Below, piece by piece: positions 44,758 to 54,128 of a stretch of 64,000 nt of DNA (its first letter is position 1; each line of letters starts with the position of its first letter). A program made the position numbers and the translations under genes. A model generated the notes under the pieces. It had not been told where the DNA came from. It searched no databases and saw only the letters and a list, made by a program, of their open reading frames with translations. Source of the stretch: a virus; IMG/VR virus record IMGVR_UViG_3300045988_144119, positions 1 to 64,000 of that record, one strand, 5' to 3'.

Positions 44758-45165
44758 ATGAAATTAAGAGTAGAAAGATTATGGAAGAAACCCGCTTACA
44801 CGGTGGGCAGACTGTTCGTAGACGGAAAGTTTTTCTGCAACACACTGGAAGACACCGTCCGCGATTTGAGCAATGAAAAGAAGGTATATGGCAAAACCGC
44901 CATCCCTTACGGAGAATATAAGGTAGTATATAACTGGTCTCCCAAGTTTGGCAGAAACCTGCCACGATTGCTTAACGTCCCTGCCTTTGAAGGCATCTTG
45001 ATACATCCGGGGAATACTGCCGATGACTCTGCCGGCTGCATACTTGTCGGAAAGAATACGGAAGTCGGGCGATTGACCGAATCCCGATATACATCCGATA
45101 AGCTCAATGTGCTGATAGGGGATGCGCAGAGAAGAGGCGAAAGTATTACAATTGAAATTGTATAG
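44758..45165 (+). CDS. DUF5675-like protein with a YkuD-like His...S-x-G-C motif (putative cell-wall hydrolase)
   Basis: GILIHPGNTADDSAGCILVG resembles the L,D-transpeptidase-fold catalytic His/Cys. It occupies the endolysin slot after the holin. Confidence 0.5.
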   Translation: MKLRVERLWKKPAYTVGRLFVDGKFFCNTLEDTVRDLSNEKKVYGKTAIPYGEYKVVYNWSPKFGRNLPRLLNVPAFEGILIHPGNTADDSAGCILVGKNTEVGRLTESRYTSDKLNVLIGDAQRRGESITIEIV

Positions 45166-45216
45166 AGCAGCTTGGTAGGGTTGTATGTTAATGTTGCAAA
45201 CTAAAACCAAATTGAA

Positions 45217-45663
45217 ATGAAATGGCTTCCTTACATATTACTGATTGTACTCGCTTTCGGTTTAGGATGGTTCGCAAAGCCATCCCCCGAAGCAGTTATA
45301 GAGGCAAGAACGGATACGGTATTCAGTTCAAGCCTTGTGATAAGAAGGGATACGGTCCCCTACTACCTTCCTACTCCTTTGATTTGCTGGCACACGGGCG
45401 ATACTATCCATGTAGGTGATACGGTGCTCCCTGTCGAGCAGAAGATATACCGGGACAGTAACTATACGGCTTATGTCAGTGGTTATAACCCGAACTTGGA
45501 CAGTTTGAAAGTATATCCTAAGACTGTCACGGTTACTAATGATATTGTGCGCATACCGAAATGTCCATCAAAAAAATGGGGATTAGGAATTCAGGCAGGA
45601 TATAGTTATCCGGCGGGGAGTTATGTAGGAATTGGAATTAGTTATAATTTGTTGGTGTGGTAA
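45217..45663 (+). CDS. N-terminally membrane-anchored protein (148 aa), possible lysis accessory
   Basis: Signal-anchor MKWLPYILLIVLAFGLGWFA. The call rests on its position after the lysin candidate. Confidence 0.4.
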   Translation: MKWLPYILLIVLAFGLGWFAKPSPEAVIEARTDTVFSSSLVIRRDTVPYYLPTPLICWHTGDTIHVGDTVLPVEQKIYRDSNYTAYVSGYNPNLDSLKVYPKTVTVTNDIVRIPKCPSKKWGLGIQAGYSYPAGSYVGIGISYNLLVW

Positions 45664-45924
45664 TTTATTTGTATAATTGCAAAATTATAATATAAAAAAG
45701 AAAGGAGGTTCAAAATGAAATAGAACACTATACCGGGGATTATCCTCACAACGCTACGAGTAGAAGCGTAGCGATTACTCAAAAATAACAAAAGCAGTTC
45801 TTTCGGGGGCTAAGAATTAAAAAAAAGCCCCCAACATATCATCATATTAATATTGCCACATAAAAACATGATAAAGCATAAGATACCTGATGTTGGGGGC
45901 TAATATCTTCAACATAAATATCTT

Positions 45925-46287
45925 ATGCTTTGTTCATCAAAATCTCATGTTTTATGTGGCGAGGCAAAGATAAGCATAAAAATTAGAAAAACTATGTGCA
46001 AATCAGAAATCTTTGCCAAGATAATTAATATTGTTTCAAAAGAAACCGAAGTGCCTGTAGACCAAATATTATCCTCTGATAAAAACATGGAAACAGTGGA
46101 TGCCCGGTATCTTCTTGTGTCTCTCCTGTCTGAAAGCGGCATGTACCCTTCACAAATAGCCGTTCATATCCACAAAACCAAACGTGCTGTTAACTACATG
46201 ATATCAAATTTCTATGAGAGGATGGAAAGTGGGAAAATGTTGAGAATATATTGGGATAATATAAAGAAATCATTGGGAAACAACTGA
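45925..46287 (+). CDS. DnaA C-terminal-like HTH protein
   Basis: ILSSDKNMETVDARYLLVSLLSESGMYPSQIAVHIHKTKRAVNYMISNF follows the Bac_DnaA_C pattern. The true start may be the internal ATG at 45994. Confidence 0.45.
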   Translation: MLCSSKSHVLCGEAKISIKIRKTMCKSEIFAKIINIVSKETEVPVDQILSSDKNMETVDARYLLVSLLSESGMYPSQIAVHIHKTKRAVNYMISNFYERMESGKMLRIYWDNIKKSLGNN

Positions 46288-46359
46288 TTTTACATAAGTT
46301 ACAACATATGTACTTTTGTATACGGTCAATTTTGACCGGGATACAAAATACAAATACTT

Positions 46360-47358
46360 ATGGAAAGAACTTATGTTTTTAATTCAGACGGAGGCAATGG
46401 AGGTTCAGGTGGTAGCAAGCTTGACATTACCGCCATGCTTCCCGGGATGTTTGGGAACAAGGGGATAGACCCTAACCTGCTTGCCTTGATGAATAACGGC
46501 AACGGCTTTGGAGGACAGGACGGATGGTGGAGCATTATCTGGCTTGTTGTGATAGCAAGTATCTTTGGATGGAACGGCAATGGTGGCGGTTTGTTCGGTG
46601 GACGTGGAGGAAACGGAGCTAACGGACTTCCGGCAGAATTGGCAGGAAACGCAGGACGCGAATTGTTGATGCAAGCTATTCAGGGTAACGGTAATGCTAT
46701 CTCTCAATTGGCTTCTTCATTCAACTGCTCTACCCAACAGGTTCAGACAGCATTGTGCAATGTTCAGAATAGCATTACACAAGTAGGTAATCAGGTGGGA
46801 TTGTCAACCAACCAGATTATTAATGCTATGCAGTCAGGCAACCAGTCTATCCTAACTCAACTTGCCGATTGTTGCTGCAAAACGCAAACAGCTATTGAAA
46901 GACAAGGCTATGAAGGACGTTTGCAGAATTGCGAATCAATGAATGCCCTTACCAATACAATGAACAACAATGCATTGTCATTGCGTGACGGTGCTACTGC
47001 CAACACGAATGCTATCCTTGCCAAACTTGATGCAATTCAAAATCAGGCATTGCAGGACAAGATTGCATCTCTTACTGCGGAAAAGGCTACTTTAACAGCC
47101 GAAATATCCCAGCGTAATCAGAACGCCACTATCCTGAGTGCAGTAGGACAACAGATTGCTCCTTTGGCAGCCGGATTGCAAAGCCTGCAATCGGACGTCG
47201 ATGGCATTAAATGCCGCATGCCACAAACCGTGCCGGTACAATACCCTAACATCGTTGGCGTAAATCTTGACACATACAGAGCTGCTGCTTTTGGAGCCTA
47301 TGCCGGTGACGCTGCATACGGACGTAGTGGATGTGGTTGCAACAACTACTGGGGTTAA
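46360..47358 (+). CDS. Gly/Asn/Gln-rich single-pass membrane protein (332 aa), unknown function
   Basis: Gly-rich N-terminus, TM segment WWSIIWLVVIASIFGW, Q/N-rich helical region with CCC and other Cys residues, and a C-terminus GRSGCGCNNYWG. Confidence 0.6.
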   Translation: MERTYVFNSDGGNGGSGGSKLDITAMLPGMFGNKGIDPNLLALMNNGNGFGGQDGWWSIIWLVVIASIFGWNGNGGGLFGGRGGNGANGLPAELAGNAGRELLMQAIQGNGNAISQLASSFNCSTQQVQTALCNVQNSITQVGNQVGLSTNQIINAMQSGNQSILTQLADCCCKTQTAIERQGYEGRLQNCESMNALTNTMNNNALSLRDGATANTNAILAKLDAIQNQALQDKIASLTAEKATLTAEISQRNQNATILSAVGQQIAPLAAGLQSLQSDVDGIKCRMPQTVPVQYPNIVGVNLDTYRAAAFGAYAGDAAYGRSGCGCNNYWG

Positions 47359-47380
47359 TCCGGTAAGAAAGGAGGTAGAT

Positions 47381-47797
47381 ATGTGGCCTAACTTTTTTAC
47401 AGGATTCCCATCCCTATTCCCATCAATCGGAAGAACAAATTTCAACACTCTTCCTACGGTGGCTGTGACCGTCGGCACGGAGAATGTTACTTTGGAACTT
47501 CCTAACCACGCATTCCGTAACAGGGATTATGTTGGAGGGTTCTATATCAGCCTCCGTCAGGCTATACCTGCCGGCACGACTGCAACTCTTCCGATACTGA
47601 TAGGGACTAATGGGGACACAAGACCGTTGATGGCTTATAACAATGAGCCTGTGACTGTTGAAAACTTAGCCGGAACAGGCATCTATGAAATTCACTATAA
47701 CAAGTACACCAACGAATTGTATCTTGTTAATGGTGGATACAGACCGACAGCGGCTCCGGCTCCTACAGCAGAAACAGCTTCTTTAAGGAGCAAGTAA
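47381..47797 (+). CDS. Hypothetical protein (~138 aa)
   Basis: The internal ATG (MWPNFFTG) is preceded by AGGAGG. The track start at 47267 overlaps the upstream gene. Confidence 0.55.
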   Translation: MWPNFFTGFPSLFPSIGRTNFNTLPTVAVTVGTENVTLELPNHAFRNRDYVGGFYISLRQAIPAGTTATLPILIGTNGDTRPLMAYNNEPVTVENLAGTGIYEIHYNKYTNELYLVNGGYRPTAAPAPTAETASLRSK

Positions 47798-47866
47798 TAA
47801 TTAACATGGAGTTTTGTGGTGATTTCCAAAATGGGAATAGCCACACTCCTTTAAAATCAAACAATC

Positions 47867-48424
47867 ATGTTTCAAAACTTACGAGTAAACAGTACATTAT
47901 ATCTTCTTCATAGAGGTGCAAATCCAAGTTTGGAATGTGGGCAGGTCGTTAATGTAAGCCCCATAAAAACCATATATAAGACTGTTCCCAACATGCCTTA
48001 TCCACAGCCGGTACAGGTTATTGATTTTGTCGTGAATATAAACGGACAGAATGTCAATTTGCAAGAGATACCGGCTAATGCCAATATTGCCGATGATATT
48101 AAGACAGGAATGCTGATTACAGGGTCAAGAGACGAAATGAATACTGAGGTCCTTACCATGAAGCAGAAAAGTGAGGATGTCCTAAAAAGTGTGGAATATC
48201 ATCAGAACTTTCTTAGGGTATGTGACCAAATGCTTGCCATGCTGAACCCTGAATTTGCAGCCAAGCAACAGCAGGAGCAGGAAATATCCGCATTGAAAGG
48301 GCAAATGTCCAATATGGATAAGAACATGCAGGAAATGAGCAAAAATATGGCTGATCTCATTGCACAGAATCAGAAGTTAATGGAACAGCTCGGAGTGGTT
48401 GAAGCATCTAAAAACAAGAAATGA
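47867..48424 (+). CDS. Hypothetical coiled-coil protein (185 aa)
   Basis: ORF in the operon with a Q/E/M-rich helical C-terminus. Confidence 0.55.
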   Translation: MFQNLRVNSTLYLLHRGANPSLECGQVVNVSPIKTIYKTVPNMPYPQPVQVIDFVVNINGQNVNLQEIPANANIADDIKTGMLITGSRDEMNTEVLTMKQKSEDVLKSVEYHQNFLRVCDQMLAMLNPEFAAKQQQEQEISALKGQMSNMDKNMQEMSKNMADLIAQNQKLMEQLGVVEASKNKK

Positions 48425-48720
48425 TTATGGGAATGTGGGAAATATTAGAAGAAGGGCGTGACGATTACGGACGCGGCTTCGGTATGAGAGGTGACGAAGT
48501 GGAGGAAGCCTACAAGGAAGGCTGCCGCAAAGGTTACGAAAAAGCCATGAGAGAGATGCGCGGAGAGATGGGTTTCCGTGATGGTGGGAGAAGTTATTCA
48601 GGTGGTGGAAGCTCATCCGGCATGGATGAACGCAGATACCCCGGATACTTTCCTGAATATCCGCGTATGGATGAAATGGGCGAACGCAGACGCAGACGCT
48701 CTAACGGTGAATTCTATTAA
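48421..48720 (+). CDS. Hypothetical Arg/Gly/Glu/Met-rich protein (99 aa)
   Basis: ORF with an ATGA overlap. It is low-complexity (MREMRGEMGFRDGGRSYSGGGSSSG...RRRRRSNGEFY). Confidence 0.5.
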   Translation: MIMGMWEILEEGRDDYGRGFGMRGDEVEEAYKEGCRKGYEKAMREMRGEMGFRDGGRSYSGGGSSSGMDERRYPGYFPEYPRMDEMGERRRRRSNGEFY

Positions 48721-48761
48721 TAACAGGAGGGGTGAAACGCCCCTCTTTTTAAATTAAGGCT

Positions 48762-49181
48762 ATGGAACAAAGATTAGATACATATAGCAAATTCCCATCA
48801 GGAATGCAAGAATACCTGGAATCATACGGATTCCATTTCAGTAAAAAACTTTACGAATGGGCTGTTTCAAAAATGAAAGTGAAAGACGAGGCAACAGGCA
48901 AGGAAAAGAAACTTGACCCTTGGAGTAAAGATGAGGTGGACGATATGCTCAAAGCAAACGGAATTACCATCGAACACGACAAAGGATATGACGTTGCCTA
49001 TGTTGCAAATATGTTGAAAGCAGATTTTTTCAAAAAATCATTGGTTGACGAAGCACATTTGTGCAAACACATAAAGTGCTACCTTGATGATATTGATGGG
49101 GACCCTTGCAGGGCGTTTGATGAATTCTTTGCCACCTGCATCGGTAAAGGAGTTCCTGTAATTTGGTCTGATGTTATATGA
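48762..49181 (+). CDS. Hypothetical protein (139 aa)
   Basis: ORF in the operon. Confidence 0.55.
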   Translation: MEQRLDTYSKFPSGMQEYLESYGFHFSKKLYEWAVSKMKVKDEATGKEKKLDPWSKDEVDDMLKANGITIEHDKGYDVAYVANMLKADFFKKSLVDEAHLCKHIKCYLDDIDGDPCRAFDEFFATCIGKGVPVIWSDVI

Positions 49182-49600
49182 TTGTTCAGGAGTTCTACAT
49201 ACCGAAATATGGGGATTGGCACGTCAAGGTGTATTATGCGGTACACACTTATTGGGCTAAGGAAATCATTACCGACCTGTACCGTATAGGATGCAGGGGG
49301 GATTCCCTCAAACGTGCGTATCGCAACCTGACGGAAGGCAGGATGAATACCGGACTTACCTATTCGGACTACAGGAGAAGAGAGACGGTAATGGTGCTCT
49401 CTTTGACTTCTACCCCCGAACAGTTCCAAAATTCGTGGGACCACGAAAAAGGTCATTTATGCCGGCATATTTCCAAGGCTTTCGGGATTGACCCTTATGG
49501 AGAGGAAGCACAATATCTCAGCGGATATGTCGGTCAGAAGATGTTTCCTGTTGCCAAGAAATTCTTATGTGAACATTGCAGAAAGGGAATGGAAAAATAA
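49178..49600 (+). CDS. Small HExxH (HEKGH) metallopeptidase-like protein
   Basis: The motif WDHEKGHLCRHI is present. It is the last gene of the rightward late operon. Confidence 0.45.
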   Translation: MIVQEFYIPKYGDWHVKVYYAVHTYWAKEIITDLYRIGCRGDSLKRAYRNLTEGRMNTGLTYSDYRRRETVMVLSLTSTPEQFQNSWDHEKGHLCRHISKAFGIDPYGEEAQYLSGYVGQKMFPVAKKFLCEHCRKGMEK

Positions 49601-49762
49601 TAATCGAACAGAAGCGTTCTTTGACTTGTTGGAATTACCGTTTTTACAAAATAGTCGTGAAATTATATACAAAAATCCAATAAAATTATATATCTTAATT
49701 ATAAATATATATTGGAATAACAAATACTTTATTCTATCTTTGAGCCGAATTTTAAATTATAG

Positions 49763-50569
49763 ATGGAAATGGAACAAGAAAACAACAATGCGATTCTTTC
49801 TTTTGAAGATTTTAAAAACCAAAACGGCATCGTTTATTGGTGGGCCTCAGAAGTAATGGTTATGCTTGGATATAATGATATGAAAGCATTTTGTAAAGTT
49901 CTTGACCGCGCGACAAAGGCTTTTGTTTCGCTCAACATTCCTCATTATGAAAATATAATAGCTGTGAAACGCAATAATAATGGCGTTGAATTCCAAGATT
50001 TCAAACTTACACGTTTTGCGTGTTACCTTGCTGCTATGAATGGCGATCCAAAAAAGCCAGAGGTAGCATTGGCGCAAGCTTATTTTGCACAGCAAACACG
50101 AAAATTTGAATTATACATTGAAAACAATCAGGAAATAGACCGCGTGCTAATACGTGAAGAACTTGCAGATGGAAACAAATCTCTCGCTTCAACGGCAAAA
50201 GCCGCAAATGTGACTGATTATGCAAAGTTTCAAAATGCAGGTTATCTGGGCATGTATAATATGGAATCGTGGAAGCTTGAAAAGAAACGTGGCATTAAAA
50301 AAGGAAAGCTATTTGACAGAATGAGCCGTACCGAACTTGCTGCCAATCTATTCCGTGTTACCCAAACTGAAGAGCTTATAAAGAGTAAACAAATATCTGG
50401 ACAAGCTAATTTAGAACAAACACACTATACTGTTGGAAGACAAGTCCGAAATATAGTAGAACAAAATACCGGGCGCAAACCTGAACAGTTGCCACAAGAA
50501 AAAGAACTGCCTATAATTAAAAAGGCTCTTAAAATGACAGCGAAGGAAATGAAAAAAATTGATAAATAA
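49763..50569 (+). CDS. dinD: DNA damage-inducible protein D-like (BRO-N-like domain)
   Basis: [12 protein letters not shown]...[37 protein letters not shown] closely follows the DinD pattern (ACYLiaqNGDp.K..iA.AQ.YFa.qTR). Confidence 0.65.
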   Translation: MEMEQENNNAILSFEDFKNQNGIVYWWASEVMVMLGYNDMKAFCKVLDRATKAFVSLNIPHYENIIAVKRNNNGVEFQDFKLTRFACYLAAMNGDPKKPEVALAQAYFAQQTRKFELYIENNQEIDRVLIREELADGNKSLASTAKAANVTDYAKFQNAGYLGMYNMESWKLEKKRGIKKGKLFDRMSRTELAANLFRVTQTEELIKSKQISGQANLEQTHYTVGRQVRNIVEQNTGRKPEQLPQEKELPIIKKALKMTAKEMKKIDK

Positions 50570-50693
50570 TTTCTTCGAATTGTAGTTTTGTCTGCAATCT
50601 AAAGGTGCAAAAAAGATACCCCCCCCCATACATCTACACTAATGAGCTACGGTCAACGTAGCCTTTCAATAAATAAAGTAACTATTTAACATT

Positions 50694-50728
50694 AAGCGGT
50701 AATTCCCAACGGTTTTACCGCTTTTTTT
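50694..50728 (+). terminator. Rho-independent terminator
   Basis: AAGCGGTAA (50694-50702) pairs with TTACCGCTT (50715-50723) and runs into a T7 tract. Confidence 0.7.
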
Positions 50729-51075
50729 ATGTTAACATAATATGAAAGATGATAAGTTGAACATATTGCTTGAGCAATCGGATGATATTCCTCATTGGGT
50801 ATTCTGCCAACTGCTAGCCATGATACAATGGAACGTTTAGAGAGGTGGATTTATAAAATGATTCCCTTTGTCGTTTTGATGAAGGTGGCTTTGTTGTGCG
50901 GCTAATTGAAGCTTATGGGATATTTGGAATGAACTACCTATCATTGGATTATCCATAGCTTGTTAGTGTGAAGAAAAGGGGACTACCCGATTAAGAATGA
51001 TCCCCCCCAAAAAAAAATGGTTACTTTATAAGGACTCGCATTTGAAAACCCCTAAATCTTCAGTTTAGCGGTAGT

Positions 51076-51666
51076 TCACAAAGTGAATGCTGCTACTGCC
51101 CGCACCCTGTAACTGTAGCACTTGTCGCCGTTGCTCGTCTGCCCACTGAAGAAGTGTACGTACCAACTGAGGCTGAGACTGTACTCAGTACTGGACCAAT
51201 ACCATGTGGAAGATAACGGTTCTTTGCCTATGTACCTCAGCACATCGTTTATATTATCTTGATAATGAGCCATTAAATTAAGCTGTCCTAATGATGGGAT
51301 ATATTCGTCATCTTTCAGCAGATTAGACAGTTTAGGATTTCGCTCAATCAGTTGAGCAGTGTTACGCTGTCCATTCATATCAAATAGTGCATCACATTCA
51401 CGCCCATAATAGATTTGATTTCCAAATTCCTCTCGGCTGTCATTGTCAAGCAACTGAACATCCTTATGCTCCGTCAACGAGATGGCAAACGATACGTCTT
51501 TGTGCTTTAATCCGATGTATCGTACACAATCTTTGAAGTTATCGCCGGTAAACGGTTCTGCATGTCCGTCTTCGTAGATTAGATACAAGCCGTTGGTCCA
51601 GTCTGCCCTGTCTTCTTTAGTCGGCATCATAACCGATTGGCGTAAATTTTCAATGTTAACCTTCAT
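51076..51666 (-). CDS. DUF1566 (Lcl C-terminal-like) domain protein
   Basis: The C-terminus IPSLGQLNLM...TWYWSSTEYSLSLSWYVHFFSGQTSNGDKCYSYRVRAVAAF matches the DUF1566 pattern. Confidence 0.6.
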   Translation of the reverse strand: MKVNIENLRQSVMMPTKEDRADWTNGLYLIYEDGHAEPFTGDNFKDCVRYIGLKHKDVSFAISLTEHKDVQLLDNDSREEFGNQIYYGRECDALFDMNGQRNTAQLIERNPKLSNLLKDDEYIPSLGQLNLMAHYQDNINDVLRYIGKEPLSSTWYWSSTEYSLSLSWYVHFFSGQTSNGDKCYSYRVRAVAAFTL

Positions 51667-51691
51667 CGTCTTATTGTTTTTAAATTATTGC

Positions 51692-52285
51692 TCAATACTT
51701 TTTCCCATTTTTGTTTTCTCTCAATTCATTGTATCTCATCTTCTGATTGATGTGCCATGTGAGGTCTATGTCCAAATGGTTGGCAAGCCCGAAAATAGCC
51801 AATAGCATGCTATTTAATTGCTTTTCTAATGGATAGTCATATTCATACGCATATCTGATGGGAATTGTGGATATAGCATATATACTTTCTGTAAAGGTCT
51901 CATCCTCACAACTTTCCTCCGCCTCGTATAACATTTCTTCCGTAAAATCCTCGATGTCTATCTTACGCAATCCGCACAAATCAAGCAGGCGTATAGCTGC
52001 ATCGGCAAGTTCATCGGGAAGTGTATCTTTTACATTCTTTTCAAAGGAACACTTAAATCGCTTTTCTTCTTCCACTAATGGAGGATAGCAATTATAGTCC
52101 ATTTCAAAACGTGATTTACATTTCTTTCCTAATCTTCCCTTTCTATCTGCCTCCACAGCTTCCATAAGCTCGGATATAACTAAACAAAGGTGGTGTTTAT
52201 TACTCAATTCCTCATCGTGAAAACCGTGTTCACAAGCGGTTTTATAAGCGCGATCGCGCAATTCGTTTAAATTAATATTGTTCAT
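51692..52285 (-). CDS. MazG-like all-alpha nucleotide pyrophosphohydrolase
   Basis: AYKTACEHGFHDEELSNKHHLCLVISELMEAVEADRKG fits the phage MazG/NTP-PPase helix pattern (sElsEa.Ea.Rkg). Confidence 0.5.
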   Translation of the reverse strand: MNNINLNELRDRAYKTACEHGFHDEELSNKHHLCLVISELMEAVEADRKGRLGKKCKSRFEMDYNCYPPLVEEEKRFKCSFEKNVKDTLPDELADAAIRLLDLCGLRKIDIEDFTEEMLYEAEESCEDETFTESIYAISTIPIRYAYEYDYPLEKQLNSMLLAIFGLANHLDIDLTWHINQKMRYNELRENKNGKKY

Positions 52286-52572
52286 TTCCTTATTCCTAAT
52301 TTGATTTCTTCATCCTTGATTATTCTCCAATCTTATCGACTTCCTCATACCGTTCCTTATTTATCCACATCTTTGCAGTTCCAAGAGCTGGGTGATGTAA
52401 ACAATGTCGTTACGATATGGCACATGACGGACGCATTTTTCTATCTCATCAAACCTATTCTCCATGCATCTGTGACACTTGCTTACCAAAATTAAGGTAA
52501 AAATGCCAAAGTACAAAAATTTAATGGGGCAAGTACGGATTTAAATATTAATTCTGCTGTTTCCATACTTAT

Positions 52573-52761
52573 TTAATCATAAATCAATAGCTTTGCAGTC
52601 CAATAGAATATCACACAATATAACGCGTATCCGAGTAATCTTTCGCAAGTTTGCGAAGGTTCTAATCCTGTAATAAAGTCCCACATATTATACTCATATA
52701 CACAAATTAGATATGATATGATGGCAGATGCCAATACATATGTGAATTTTCTCATAATCAT
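52573..52761 (-). CDS. Small membrane protein (62 aa)
   Basis: Two hydrophobic segments. Its start overlaps the upstream stop. Confidence 0.45.
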   Translation of the reverse strand: MIMRKFTYVLASAIISYLICVYEYNMWDFITGLEPSQTCERLLGYALYCVIFYWTAKLLIYD

Positions 52762-53165
52762 ATAAGTTTTAATGCTTCTTGTATTCCAGCTTCCAGTGCT
52801 TCCTCGTAGGTGGTGACATATACTTTATAGCCATTCCCTTTGCTTATTTCGTTCTCCATCCAGTCGCTTTCTTCTGTTGGAACATTGAAATCACAAAAAG
52901 AGACCTTCCATTTTTTCCCAATAACAGGTTCTACCCATACATACACACTTATTTCTCGTAGCCATTTCTGGGCTTGGTATAAAGAAGGAATCGGCATTGC
53001 GTTCTTAATATTCTTGTGACGCACGATTTTCTCATTAATGATACAATCCCTAGAAGCTCCAATGACGTCATCATCTTGGTCTAATATACAATATTCATAA
53101 GTCTCGTCAAATCCTTTCTCTTTCAGCAGCTTCGCAGTCTCTAGTGTTACAAGTTCTTCGGTCAT
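52758..53165 (-). CDS. Hypothetical protein (135 aa)
   Basis: ORF in the packed leftward series. Confidence 0.55.
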   Translation of the reverse strand: MTEELVTLETAKLLKEKGFDETYEYCILDQDDDVIGASRDCIINEKIVRHKNIKNAMPIPSLYQAQKWLREISVYVWVEPVIGKKWKVSFCDFNVPTEESDWMENEISKGNGYKVYVTTYEEALEAGIQEALKLI

Positions 53166-53167
53166 GG

Positions 53168-53512
53168 TTATTCCTTTTTTAATTCATTCAAAACCTTCTT
53201 TACGAGCTCGTGGCGTGGTAATTGCCAATCCTTCGCAATATCATCTATTTTATCATCATAATGATTGTCGTAAACATACTGATTTAAGTTGTCAACAAAC
53301 CCATCACTATCAAGTCCTTCGTCACAATCATCAAACATATCAAGTTCATAGGCTAACTTGGAGCATTCACTGTGACTTACCCAGTCATAAACACGACCGT
53401 CATAAACATTGGTCTGTCTGTTATATTTTTCTCCAACGGAAATTACTTCACCGCAAAAATCGCACCTATGTTCTTTGCGAGCGACAAGAGTTCCATTTCT
53501 TAATACTTTCAT
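53168..53512 (-). CDS. Hypothetical protein (114 aa) with an HRCDFCG zinc-binding-like motif
   Basis: ORF in the packed leftward series. Confidence 0.55.
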   Translation of the reverse strand: MKVLRNGTLVARKEHRCDFCGEVISVGEKYNRQTNVYDGRVYDWVSHSECSKLAYELDMFDDCDEGLDSDGFVDNLNQYVYDNHYDDKIDDIAKDWQLPRHELVKKVLNELKKE

Positions 53513-53514
53513 AG

Positions 53515-53712
53515 TTATTCCTCCTTCTCTATTTTTACTTTTCCACGGTTAACAAAACCATCACAGTTCATCAAAGCACAAAGACAGACGGAATATTCTT
53601 CCTTTTCTGACTTACTGTAAATGCGCAACAGTGAGCATTGGTTGCATGGGACATTTTCACTCGTCATCTCATGCAACACTCCATTTATTATTATTCCGTT
53701 CTTTATTTCCAT
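53515..53712 (-). CDS. Hypothetical Cys-rich protein (65 aa)
   Basis: ORF in the packed leftward series. Confidence 0.45.
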   Translation of the reverse strand: MEIKNGIIINGVLHEMTSENVPCNQCSLLRIYSKSEKEEYSVCLCALMNCDGFVNRGKVKIEKEE

Positions 53713-53715
53713 ATC

Positions 53716-54117
53716 TCAATCTCCTTTCTCTTTAATTCGTTCCAGTACATCCCTGTTGGATTCTAGTATCTCATCGAAAGACGGTATTGGCATCCAATAG
53801 ATTACATCATCTCTATGATAACTCTCACTTGCAGCGCAGTCATACCAAAAGTGATATTCCATATCTTCGTTGTAATCTTCATCATAATGCGCTATCCTTA
53901 TTGTTCCATCTTCAAGCGCCACTAATTTTTCGTTTGTATCTTCCGGCAACCGTTCCTTAACGCTTATCCACGGGGATTGCTTGGACTGCCACTCAGCACC
54001 TTGGATGAAATTTATCTCTCCAAACCTTGCCAAATCTTTACCAAACAAAGTCCTGTCAACTGTCCTGTGATTAAACAAGATATTTTCCCTTGCCGCTTCT
54101 TCTACTGTCTGTTTCAT
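53716..54117 (-). CDS. DUF551-like phage protein
   Basis: WISVKERLPEDTNEKLVALEDGTIRIAHY resembles the DUF551 signature (W.s.kd.LP). Confidence 0.5.
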   Translation of the reverse strand: MKQTVEEAARENILFNHRTVDRTLFGKDLARFGEINFIQGAEWQSKQSPWISVKERLPEDTNEKLVALEDGTIRIAHYDEDYNEDMEYHFWYDCAASESYHRDDVIYWMPIPSFDEILESNRDVLERIKEKGD

Positions 54118-54128
54118 AATTTAATCAA

